Below, piece by piece: positions 37,699-49,357 of a stretch of DNA of 64,000 nucleotides. A model generated the notes under the pieces. It saw nothing but the letters and a program-made list of their open reading frames with translations. It was not told the DNA's origin and did no database searches. Origin of the DNA: Utricularia gibba (lineage: Eukaryota > Plantae > Magnoliophyta). Position 1 is the stretch's first letter. Each line of letters opens with the position of its first letter. The stretch is taken from NCBI GenBank assembly GCA_002189035.1, contig NEEC01000014.1, positions 1,612,001 through 1,676,000 of the forward strand, written 5' to 3'. Both the position numbers and the translations under genes were made by a program.

Positions 37699-39163
37699 TT
37701 ATTATTAGACATGGAATATGGAAATTCAGGGTGCTGAGTAATTAGGCACTAGCAGATCCTTCTTGATGATGTAAATATCACAAGTAGAAGAATTCGTTTT
37801 GGCATCCTTCACTTCGTGTCCACGCTAACCAAGAAAAGCAAAGTACACATTCACTAATTAACTCTTGTAATGAATTCACATCAAAACTCGTAGAAAGAAT
37901 GGATGATGGCATGCAGTACAATGAGCTTTTTACATTTCAGATAGAAGCACATCATCCCTCAATGAGAAAAAAAATGTTATCGGCATGCAAAGTGGGGCGG
38001 CCCAATGATTGTTGTTGTGTGGATACCATACATGTGAGTGGAATCGGAAGACGAAGTGAGGATTGGATTGACTCATCATCATCATCATCTCATCTGCTAC
38101 TCCGGCGACTCCTGGCTTTAGATTTATGTGGATTAAATTACTCCTACATCGCAACATGGGGTTGCTTCTTTATCCCACCCTCATCGTCTAGTGACGATTG
38201 CCCAACTTGGAAAGTGGGCACCGCCGCCTAATGCCCACCTCGAGTCAGTACAACAGAAGAAACGACATCAGAAACAGACAAAAAAACGGTGGTCAAGAGG
38301 TGAGTTCTGTACTTGAACTTTTATCACCGCCATTAGTGACTTGGGTTAACCATTAGGTATCTCCCAATTTGGACTCGCCAAACTACTTTTGAATTCCGGT
38401 CGACCGGGGCTGAGAGTTGTGTCTGAGATTTGATCACGGCCAGTACTAGCTAGCAGCTATTTCCCATTTTGGAAACTCCAAATTTACTTTTGAATTCCGG
38501 TCGGGCCGGGCCGGTTGTTCCAACTATGGCCCACAAACCAAATCGCGCATCGGGGTGAATGTTCGGCGTGTGAATTATGAAACCACAAATCGATCGAAAT
38601 TGATTAGGGTTTCTGATTTTAGGTTTAGGTTTTCGATTTTCCAAATCTGTACTCATTGATGATGAATGGCAAATCAATCAGCTGAACAGTCGATTAATGG
38701 AATGATTGATTTTCAAATTTTTGGATGAAAGCTGAATAACCTGTCGTCATCTTTGCCTGGTGATATCCGGTGGATGGCCCTGTGTTGACTTCTACGTAGG
38801 TGGTGTCGAGGGCATGCGAAGAGTAGCGCCCAGGCTTGATCCGTGAATCAGCCATGGAAGAAAGATGAGGATTCTTTGCTCAAATTCGCAGGTATCCTTT
38901 TCTTCTGGTAATAAATACATACCTCTCCTACCGCTATCAATTAGGTGCAGGGATGCCGTCATCAAGGACCATCATGCTCCCCGTATAATAATTCGTAGGC
39001 TTATTGTCTCTTGCGTGTCATTTGTAATTATGTTGTAGCTCTTCTCCATCTGTTGTTGTCTTTCTTGGATTGCCTTTCTTTATGCTTTCCGTCGGCTTCT
39101 CCTGACAATCCTTCTTTTCATCATTTGTGGAACTGTTGATTATTGTCTCCGATCGCACAAGAA

Positions 39164-40668
39164 ATGATGGAGATTATTCAAGAACCAACTTTTACTGCTT
39201 TTCTAGTTCTTGCTCTGTTTTATCTTATTTCGAAGATCTTCACTTCCGCTGTTGCTAGCTCTAATTCTTATCGTCAGTCTGCTGACTATCCTCTTTATGA
39301 AGGAGGGGCTGTACGAATAACTGCTTTGGATAAGGGGTTAACAGTAAGGAAGGCTGATCACCCAGGAAAAGTTTTATTTATTGGCGATGATGTGATCAAT
39401 AGGGTTGATTTTCATATAGGCTCTGAAAGTTCTGGGCTTTTCAAGGATGATTGTAATACCTCTACTGATAATTTTTTTCATGAATCTAGTGAAAGAGTAT
39501 GTGAATTTGGAGAAAATGAGCGTAATACTTCCTCTGGGGAGTTTTGTTCTGGTGTTTGCGAAGCTGTAGATCGTTGGAGAAGTACCTCTGCTGCGGAGAT
39601 TGTGGAAGAGTCTGATGAGTGTGTCCATGAACTCGGGGATGCTAAGTTTAATGAAGTACTAGCAGAACAAGAAATACCAGCGGCGGGGTGCAATGAAACT
39701 GTGGGAGGAGTTGCTGCTGATGTAGATGGGGCAGCAAATATCGATCATGATGAACGCAAAAGGGCGGATTATCAGAATGTAGGAGACGTGCGTATTTGCG
39801 AAGTTGTAGCAGAAGCAGAAGGGAGCGACCCGACAACTTTTAATGAAAATGATGATTGGGAGGGCATTGAGAGGAGTGAGTTGGAGAAAGTGTTTGCTGC
39901 GGCTGTTAATTATGTGGAGTTGGGATTCAAGGGAAGGGTGGGTGCTGATGAAAAGATGGAGAAATTAGGTGGCGATGTACAGATGGAGTTATATGGATTG
40001 CATAAAGTTGCAGTAGAAGGCCCCTGCCATGAGCCTCAACCCATGGCTTTCAAGCTTTCAGCTCGTGCAAAATGGTATTCATAAAGTTCTTTTCTATTGA
40101 TTCTTTCCAGTCAATTACCTGAAAACTTTCCAACCCTTCGGATGCTGTAGAAAAACACCTTCCTGAACTAGATTCTTTATAAGTTTTTGCACTGGTTCTG
40201 CGACTTAAATTAATCCTAAGGCAGCAAAAAGCCGTTGTGTGATAAGCTGCCAGGGTGTAGTTTGATTGCTAGCTATATAACAGGGTTTAAAGCTGCTACC
40301 TATGTGTGTGATGGAGAGCAATGGTTCACTTGTGCAAGGAATGCGTGGAATAAGCTGGGAAGGTTAAGCCGGGAGAAGGCAATGGAGAAGTACGTCAGAG
40401 TTCTCTCAGAGAGAATTCCTCGGTGGAGCGACGATTATCATGTCGTAAGATTTATATCGTGTTAGCATCAACTGTTAGTCCTTAAGCTCCCCTTTAATTC
40501 AGGAGATTATGTTTTAGGATGATGATACCCCATATTCCGAACCACAAGTTCACGAAGACAGAAGGTTGGTTGGCTTAAAGCCCCTTGTCTGCTTACCTTC
40601 ACTAATCCCTGATCATAAGAAAGGTAGCAACCTAATCGCATGGTTTACAGGAAGTCGGAGGCGATTGA
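39164..40668 (+). CDS. ACBP3: Class III acyl-CoA-binding protein (ACBP3-like)
   Basis: An N-terminal hydrophobic anchor and acidic linker lead to DDWEGIERSELEKVF...QMELYGLHKVAVEGPCHEPQPMAFKLSARAKW|NAWNKLGRLSREKAMEKYV. The last two short exons are inferred from splice sites. Confidence 0.88.
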
Positions 40669-41298
40669 TGACCTCTGCGTTAATTCATCTATCGCTGCCC
40701 AGAATTCAGCAGGGAAGGTTAGTAGCTGAGTTTTACCCCCAAATTTTGCTTAGAGACTGCTAAGAGAAGTCATTCTGCCCTTCCAAATCTTTCATTGCCA
40801 GAATTGTTTCTCATGACTATTTTAAATCAGGATGATCCCATATGACAGGGCCTAGCTGATCTTCCTCGGCATATATTCCATTCATGTAAGCCTACATTCC
40901 TCCTTGCTGTAGCTCCTATGCTTCTCTCTCCGGTTTCATACTGAAACATTGCATCATTATTTTGCAGCAGCTGTAACATACTGTCGTGTGCGATAAAGTC
41001 AGTAACGCTGCAATGTTCCATCCTAAGGTCCCAACTCATGTAAGGTGACAAAAGACAGCTGCCTCATTGTATCATATATCCGTTGTCTGGTATACATTTC
41101 TGCTCCCATTGCTGAAAAAACTCGCATTTTCCTTCACTTAAATCAGATAGACAGACAAATGGATGCTTAAGCAGGAAAAGGAAGCTTGTTTAACACATAG
41201 GCTAATCAGGAAAAACAATACGATTTTCTCAAGGCTATCTACAAATTTGTAATGCCAGAATGTCGCCCCTACAATGTCTGAAAACAGCATGACTGATC

Positions 41299-43142
41299 TC
41301 ACTCCCTGTAGATTCTCCTCAAAACTACATTGTTGGCATCTGCAACCCTGGACCTATTTGCTCCCATCGTGACCGGATTTCTGATCCGCTCTTCCGGTGG
41401 CGGCAAGTCCCGGGTTTCTGCAGAACCAGAACGCAGCTCCGCCGGCGGAATGAAACAGTCCACTGACAGCCCTGGAACGTTGAATGCTACTTCCTCAATT
41501 GTCCATGACTCTTCCATTCTTGTCTTCGTGTGGCTCATTGCATCCTCACCGAACCGAAAAAGGGTGACCACCGATCTGCCCGAGTGTGCTATCATGATCC
41601 CATCAACGGCTCTGTAGTCATGGATGAAGGAGTTGATGGTCGTTTCCCAATACACCGCATCTCCACCATTGTTCTGGATTCGGGTCAAATGGGAATCTTC
41701 TAGATGCACAAGAAGTCCTGTTCTCTGGCTGAAGTATCCAAACAAAACGTGGCGTATGATCTCCGCAGGCCCTTCACTTCTAGCTCTGAGTGTGTGTGGA
41801 TCGGCACACAGTTTCAACACAAAACAATCTTCTCCGTTGATTCTTTTCTCTCCTGTGCATCTTGCATTGATGAACATGTTTGCTGTTGTTCTCGGATCAA
41901 GACCCTGAAAATACATCAATATGCATCAGTTCAGACAACGTTCGGCGCTGCTGATTGTGCAGGAAAACTATGAAAGTCCTTGCCTGAAGTGCACGACGAA
42001 GAGGTCTCACAGGCCCTTTTGCTGTATGAGCTCCAAGCCAAGGAGTATGCCGCCACACCAGTTTCCCATTGCAACCAGCATGGATCTTGCTGCCCCCCAG
42101 AGCCAGTTCCACGTACCACATATCATGATTCATTTGCCACAGCACGAATCCACCCGATTCAGCAGCTCTGGTTAGGTTCTTGCCTTTGATAACCTTGCTC
42201 GCATTTTCGATATCAGATGCAGATAACTTAACCTTCCCCATTGCATAGGCATTTTGCACTGAATTATGAAGCATCTGGCCACCTGAGGCTGCCAGATATT
42301 GCTGTAGTATGTAGAGAGCAGAGGAAGTTTCCTGCGTAGTAGCCCAAAGCATCAGTGTTTCAAACGTTGGAGGAGACTAGTCAAGGACCACCATGGGCCA
42401 AAACCACATGAACATTAAAGTGATGAATAAGCGCAAAATAATCCACCAACCAAGAAATGTGACAACCAGTCACCATCTTCATCATTTTGTCTTGCATGTA
42501 AACCCAAACAGTTTATATCTTTCGAAAGCTCAGGTTTACGGGGAAAAAAACTAAGCATTTCAACAAATACAGGGATCTACTCATGACGGCGAAAGAAGAA
42601 AAGCAATGAATGTGACAAATATTGCAACTTTACACACACAAATAAACACCAGTAACTCAATCCTTTCATCTCGTTCAACAGATGAAAACACAAAAAAAGG
42701 CGAGGTTACCGAGGAAACAGAGAGAGAGAGAACTGACAATGGGGGTCTCCTTGATGGAGAGGTGAGGCAGACGGTGGTGGTGGCTAACGTGCACCGGCGC
42801 CAATGGTGCGCCGAGGACGCCGAGCAGCAGCCTCAGATCAGACCGCGAGTAACCCGGCCCGACAGCCGAAACGGGTGTACGGCAAAGCCAGTTCGCCCAC
42901 CAATCGCTCTTCGGGTCACGCGAACCGGACCGGCTCGGATCCGGACCCTCCCTCAATGGCGACAGCGTCTCAGTCCCCGTTCTAGCAAATAACGCCTCCG
43001 GCGGCCCCACACTCTTCCTCCGCCGTGGCCGCGACCCAGAACGCGACGGTGACTCACTCCTGCCCCTCCTGGACCTCGACGGCGATAACCCCCTAACCAC
43101 CTCCTCCTTCAGGGAGGCAAAGAAACCCTGCTTCCGCTCCAT
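41299..43142 (-). CDS. DUF620-family protein (3 exons)
   Basis: MERKQGFFASLKEEVVRGLSPSRSR, SDLRLLLGVLGAPLAPV, ETSSALYILQQY, GGFVLWQM and CFVLKLCADP...YWETTINS...CFIPP are present. Confidence 0.92.
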
Positions 43143-43670
43143 GGAGCACTACCAATTAAGCGGCTCCTCCAAATGGGTGGCCTCGTGGCTGAGCCGAAGG
43201 GGGGCGGAGATAAGAAAGAGAAGAAGAAGAATAATGCAGGAAGACAAAAGCAAGGCCAGTGAGCATCATGTCCTGTCGCTACCCACCGAATAACATAACC
43301 TCCCCGTTCACATCACTCTAAGCACACACAAACTGCGCTTATTGCGCCCAAATTGTATGTTACCCAAATTAGCCTTCCTTCAATCCTCGCGCGTATCACG
43401 CCCCCACCCCCCCACGTGACCTGAAATCCTCACGTGGGTGACCCCCCGAGTCAAAGTCAGCCATCCCCAAGGGAGGGATGAATGTGGACGCATTTTCATT
43501 TTTTTTCTTTTTAATGGAAAAAGATTATTAATCACTTCACTTAATGCCGGGGGGTTTCAACTTCCAAGACTTTATGTACCACATCTCATGACTTTTCGAC
43601 TTTTTTGCTATTAAAAAGTATTTTTTTATTTTCCACCGGTTCGAGGTCGGTGATGCTTCAAACCGGTCTA

Positions 43671-43692
43671 CTCTCTCTCTCTCTCTCTCTCT
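43671..43692. repeat. (CT)11 microsatellite immediately after the NRAMP stop codon
   Basis: Perfect CT repeat. Confidence 0.92.
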
Positions 43693-43703
43693 GAGACATT
43701 GAA

Positions 43704-45539
43704 TCAATTAAATGCCAAGTTTGTCCGAAGGTGGGAGAAACCAACTTGGTTTCTCCGACCACGGAGGATCAAATACAAGATGAATGCCACGTAGGCGCTG
43801 CCGCCGAGGAAGACAAAGAATCTTAACAGGGATCTGTCTACTTTGGCAACGAAGAAATCCACGAGGACGTATCCATTCACGAATATCACCACCGCAGCCA
43901 CGAGCCAGGAGATTCTCTGCTTGAGCAACGGGGGGATTCTGTGAGAATCGGAATGGGGAGGTAAAAAAGAAGGGTCTTTCGTTACCTGTAATGTGGCTGT
44001 GATGGTGAAGCTTCCCATGATGCGCTCCTCTGAGACGAAGTGGAGAAGAGGGATGATGGCGAAGGGGATTTGCATAGCCTGAAGGACATTTAGCCACTCG
44101 TTGATGACATCGATAAGTGATTCTGAGCGTTTGAACAGCACGGCGACGATGATGGTGGGCAAAATGGCGCAGCTTCTGGTGATGAGTGATCGGAGTAGTG
44201 GGCTGATGGGAAGATGGAGGAATCCAGTCATGATGAATTGGCCGGCGTAAGTGCCAGAGATCGTGCTGCTCTGCCCTGCCGCGAGAAGCCCGATTCCCCA
44301 AACGTAGACGAGGCCGCCCCCGAATCGGCGTTGTAGAAACTCGCCAGCGTTGAGGAGGCCGATGCTGTCGGCTTCCGGGGATCCGTAGAAGCCCCTGGCG
44401 AAGACCGTCATCACGAACAGGTTTATCAGGAAGGAGATTGAGACGGCGACCCATGACTCGATTGTCAAGTAATTCAACGCTTCCTGGATCAGGCTGCGAC
44501 GGCTCCGGTCGACCCGCTGCGGGACTAAGGCGGAGTAGAGGAAAACGTTGTACGGAGTTATCACGCAGCCTACGATACCCACGGCTTGTTGAATTGTCGT
44601 CGAACTGAGCTTCGGTACAACAAGCCCTGCGAAGCAAAGATCCGATCAACAGCGCATCCTCTTCAGTTACAAACAACCATCAAACAACAAAGCTGAAGTT
44701 CATGTTGGGCGAGTTCAAATCTATTAGAATCTTTAAAAGTAAATTGCTGCTCACTCAATTGACCCACCGTCTATAAGCTGAGCGATGCTCGGCTCAACGT
44801 CTATGAACAACCAGGCGAAAGAGAGCGCCATCATGGAAATAAGAAGGCCGAAGAAGGCTTCCAGCATTTTTACACCGTAGTTATCATCGAGAAGCAAGAA
44901 GATGAAGCTGGAAATGGAAGGGGGCGCCGATCTTAGTCATTTTGCGGGCAAACTGTAATGATTTTATATAAAAAGGGGGTGTTCTAACCAATCGGAAGCA
45001 GTGACGAGGACACCTGCCCAAAGGGGGAAAACTCCTTTTGTCAAAATTCTGATGGCAATGGCGCTACCGATGACCTCCTGAATATCAGCTCCGATCAAAG
45101 CGATCTCCGCCATGATCCACAGCATGATCCTTGACCAAAAAGGGTACTCGTCTCTGCAAACCTCAGCTAAATGACGGCCGGTGGCCACACCGAGTCTCAT
45201 GGAAAGGAGCTGGATGAGAAGGCCCATCAACGTCGTCCATAGTAGCAGCCAGAGCAACGAATATCCAGCGATCGCGCCGGATTGCAGATCGCCTTCCAAG
45301 TTCCCTGGATCAAGAAACGCTACGCTCATCAGAAACCCTGGCCCGGAGAACCTCCACAGCTTCCTCCACGAGAAAGGCGCCGGAGATTCAGGCCCTGCGC
45401 CCTCCTCGATCTCCATAATGCTGGACCATCGCTCAGCATCGGAGTGCAATAACGGGTCGGGATCGTGCGCCGTCCTCGGCGACGGCGAACGACAAAAGCT
45501 GGCATTGGAGATGTCGTCTACCGGAGAAGAGGAGGTCAT
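43704..45539 (-). CDS. NRAMP: NRAMP metal transporter of the AtNRAMP2/3/4 clade with an atypical TM6 motif (4 exons)
   Basis: [83 protein letters not shown] and [15 protein letters not shown] are present. The reading frame is intact with canonical GT-AG introns. First in-frame ATG at 45539. Confidence 0.93.
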
Positions 45540-46798
45540 CTCAGAGTCTTCATCGAACGAATTCTCGTCAACGGCTCGCAATCCCTTTTCCAGAAAAAGG
45601 ATGGTGATGTGGTACGGTTGGTAGTCAAAGACCGGAAAACTTTTCCATATTCAGAAGGTGAGATTGACAAATGTCGACTCCATTTTCAACGACTACAACC
45701 AAAATATCAATTAACCCCATGACATCAACATATGTGATTTATAAAAATTAAAAAAATTCTGAAATTTAAATAATTATATTAATGTTGGTAATATATACAT
45801 AATGATTTAAACTCGATTTAATACATTATAAAAAGAATTAAATTCAAAATTAAGAATAATTCGAATGATGAATTGAACACGTTTTTAAAACAATGATTCT
45901 ATTGATTATGACTAAGGTATAATTATAATTGATGGGGCACTAAATCGGTTGGGACAAATTGGCTGGCAAAAAGATTTCAAAATTATTCTTACAAAGAGCT
46001 ACAAAGAGTATAGATTGATAATTGTCAGAATTGGATAATGGTAATCATTTTGTACAGTTTGAAAAATAGTAGAATCAAATAAATATTAGAGCAGTCGACG
46101 ATTATCCGAATAATATGACTATCAGGTACAGAAAATTACCGACACCTATAAAATTTGATTGGATCGACTTTTCATATAAATATAAGTAAGTTTGAAAAAG
46201 AAATTATTGATCTCTCTATATTTGTACTTATATCATTCACCTCTTTTTCGTTAATGAAATCCATTTTTTCAGAAAGTTTCAATAGTTTAATGGTTTTTCC
46301 GTTTGACCATTTTCACGTAAATAACTTGTATATTTTTATTCATGCACCCATATAATACACCCGGAACCCAAAACTCTTAAATAAGACTCAATGAATTCGA
46401 TTTTATCTATAATCCGAAATCGGTTTATATCGAGAGACTGGTTTTCGACCACAACAATAATATTAATATGTTAATCTTCATGTTTTATAGACATATTTAA
46501 AGTAATAAAAAATAAGATGTATAATTATTTTATAAATGATATGTGTACATAAAAATATTAAATGAAGAGCCGAAACTTGCTGCGCACACTATCAAAAGAA
46601 TTTTTTTTTATAATTATAAGTTCATTATTTTGTTTTGTATGATGTGCTTGAATGCAGCCGTGAAGACATTCATTCACGGTGACGGCAGCAACGGAAAGGT
46701 ACTGGCTACGATACCTCGTTCGTCCTCGAATAAATGAAGCAATCCTTTCCTCGATCAAAATCACTTCTTTCCCTGCTGGGCTTCCCGTTTCCGGCCGT

Positions 46799-47146
46799 AT
46801 GGAGGAAGAGTTTCAAGAATCCGAAATCGTGTTCCCCGAGGACGAGGAAGGAGAAGGAAGCTCGGAATCAGATTCAAGCACCTCTTGGAAGCCGCGAAAT
46901 GCGGCGGGCGAGGAGAGGAGGTGTTCGCTTCCGATGAAAATACCGGAGGGGAGAAGAGTGCGTGTGGTGGAGGAGGAATGGGAGGAGGACGGCGAAGAGA
47001 TGGTTCCCCCGCACGTGATCGTGGCGCGGCGGCTCGCCGGGAAAGTGATGGCGTTGTCTATCTGCACCGGGAACGGCATCAAGGGGCGGTATCTGAGCCA
47101 GCTACGGAATCTGGTATTCCGGTTGACGGGATTCATCGAAACCTGA
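46799..47146 (+). CDS. Senescence regulator S40 (DUF584) family protein
   Basis: MEEEFQESEIVF, SLPMKIP, EMVPPHVIVARR and C-terminal GRYLSQLRNLVFRLTGFIET are present. Confidence 0.88.
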   Translation: MEEEFQESEIVFPEDEEGEGSSESDSSTSWKPRNAAGEERRCSLPMKIPEGRRVRVVEEEWEEDGEEMVPPHVIVARRLAGKVMALSICTGNGIKGRYLSQLRNLVFRLTGFIET

Positions 47147-47677
47147 TTGCTTCTTTGGGATAGATACCGTGCACCAGAAGCTAGCTAGAGACGGGAAGCA
47201 AGAAAAATCTCACATCAACGACACTTGATTACTTCCCGTTTCTTTAACCGGGACGACACCGTATCACCCCCATCTTTTTTTTAAAAAAATTGAATAGAGA
47301 AATAATAAAATTGTTTAAAAAACGTGCCGTTTCATGTGTTTTTGATGGGCTTCCATTTCAAAAGTTTGGAGCCTTGTGCTTGAAGCTTGGAGGTTGAATG
47401 TTGGTGTCCACACTTGAAGGTTTATTCTTTCCCGAGAGGAATGTTTGATATTTTACACAGGAATGTTGATACAAGTCAATCCGCGGTTCCATTTTCAGAG
47501 GATGTGCTGGTACTCGTACTTCACCCTCGATGGTAATCAATTAAAAATTTGTGTATGTAATATCGTGTGAAAAAAATGATCTTTATATGTATATATTTTT
47601 TATTTAAATATGTGATAAATAATCTGATAATGATCATTTTTCTAAATGAATTCTATGAAATATTTATTTATTATTAA

Positions 47678-47891
47678 TGTGTTTGATACATGAATAAATT
47701 ATATCAAAATAAATTATATCAAGTATAAGAAGATATATATAAAAAGGAAGTATATAATACTATAAATTTATCTAAATCACTTCATTTTTATTATTCTATT
47801 TCATATTCATGTAATAAATTATATCACCTATCAAACATTATATTTTTCTTTTTACATTTAACTATTTTCTTTATACTCTATATCAAATACA
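47678..47891. mobile_element. MITE-like AT-rich element
   Basis: TGTGTTTGATA ... TATCAAATACA form an inverted repeat (10/11 match) around about 190 nt of AT-rich DNA. Confidence 0.4.
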
Positions 47892-48604
47892 CTCTATGAG
47901 CACAAACACACTAGTCAATATAATATTATGGGAATACAATTATGAAATATTTTACAAAATTTATATATCAAAATAACTAAATTCGCCATTTTAAAAAACT
48001 TCAAAATTAACACATTTGAAAGAAATATTGTTTCTAAACATAGTAAATAGTTTTTGTTCATCTGTATTTAAAATAATATTATGTATAACATATATATATT
48101 TAAAATATATAATTTGCAATATTTGATATTAAAAGATGATTTTATCTTTCATTCTTATTAAATTTAGTTTATTTAACATAATTCAGGTAGGAGATTAGTC
48201 TTCAAATATCTAATTCGAAGTATATTACATATCTTAATCCCATGAAAGACATTTGGATTTAATGATTTGCTTTTAACTCTGTTCAAATTCACTTTTATCC
48301 TCTTACGCTTGCCAACCAGGACACCACATTACTGCTTTTAATACATATTAAATGCAATCCATGAACCAAAATTTACTGTTTTAGTTAAAATTAAATAAAT
48401 TACAACAGTAAGAAAACACACCGTCCAGCAGCCAGCCACCAGATAGATAAATACCAACGGTCGAGATTTTTTTCACTTATTAAATAAATGAAAAGAAAAC
48501 ATAAAGCTAAAAGGGGTGGTGTGTTCCAAGGTGAGGGCTGAACGGTCCCGGGCAGAGCAGTTTCAAGGGTGTGGTTTAATTAATTATAATTAAGACTAAA
48601 ATAA

Positions 48605-48826
48605 TGTTCTCGAAAATTTTTGAAACTTGTTTTTACTTTTTAAATTTTTTTTGAAAAGTATAAATAAAAATTAAAATTAACCAACTCATTATTTTTCTAA
48701 AAATAATTTTTGTAGTTATAATTTTAAAATTTTTTTTGATAGAATTATTTTTATAATTAAAATTGTTTTTAAAAAAATTATTTTTACTTCTAAAAAATAA
48801 AAAAATTTTAAAATTTTTTAAGAACA
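48605..48826. mobile_element. MITE-like foldback element
   Basis: TGTTCTCGAAAATTTTTGAAA at the left end is an imperfect match to the reverse complement of the right end, TGTTCTTAAAAAATTTTAAAA. Confidence 0.4.
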
Positions 48827-49357
48827 GTAATTAATTAACAATCTATTAGCTTTAAATACGTGGCGGTTTTAACGATTAGAATTTAATGTAAAATAGTTGT
48901 ATTATTATCATTTTCATTTCGTTAATGTGTAGTTTTTGGTCAATTATAATCCATTATTTACCGAATATTTGTGACATGATATAATATGATTATTATTTCA
49001 AAAATTAAATTAGTAGCATTCCGACAATGGGTTGGAGGCAGAGTCACGAGGGGGCGTTGGGGTCATTGAATGGCGAATTGGAATTTGAAAGGGTGTTGTG
49101 TTCCATTCCCATTCCCTCGCATGTAATTAAAAGCAGTGAAAGGAAGTCGTCCCCACCGCGGAAACGACGGGAACACGTGGCCCCCTCACTCGCCACCACT
49201 ACTCACCCACTACGGCCACCAAACCCCCCGCCTGTTTGTTTTCGATAGCGCCTGTTGCTAGAAGCCGAAGAGGGGGAGTGGCTGTGGGAGGGGAGCGCGG
49301 AGGCGGAGACCTGAAAAGAAGTTCCCTTGCGGACAGCCCACGATACTGCTCGACTTG

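Noticed and set aside
38375-38510. Direct repeat TTTTGAATTCCGGTCG about 100 nt apart upstream of ACBP3
   Set aside because: It is probably a small transposon remnant or local duplication, and no function can be supported.
45625-45648. Short upstream ORF MEKFSGL* before the NRAMP start
   Set aside because: It is only 7 codons, may lie upstream of the transcription start, and such ORFs are expected by chance.
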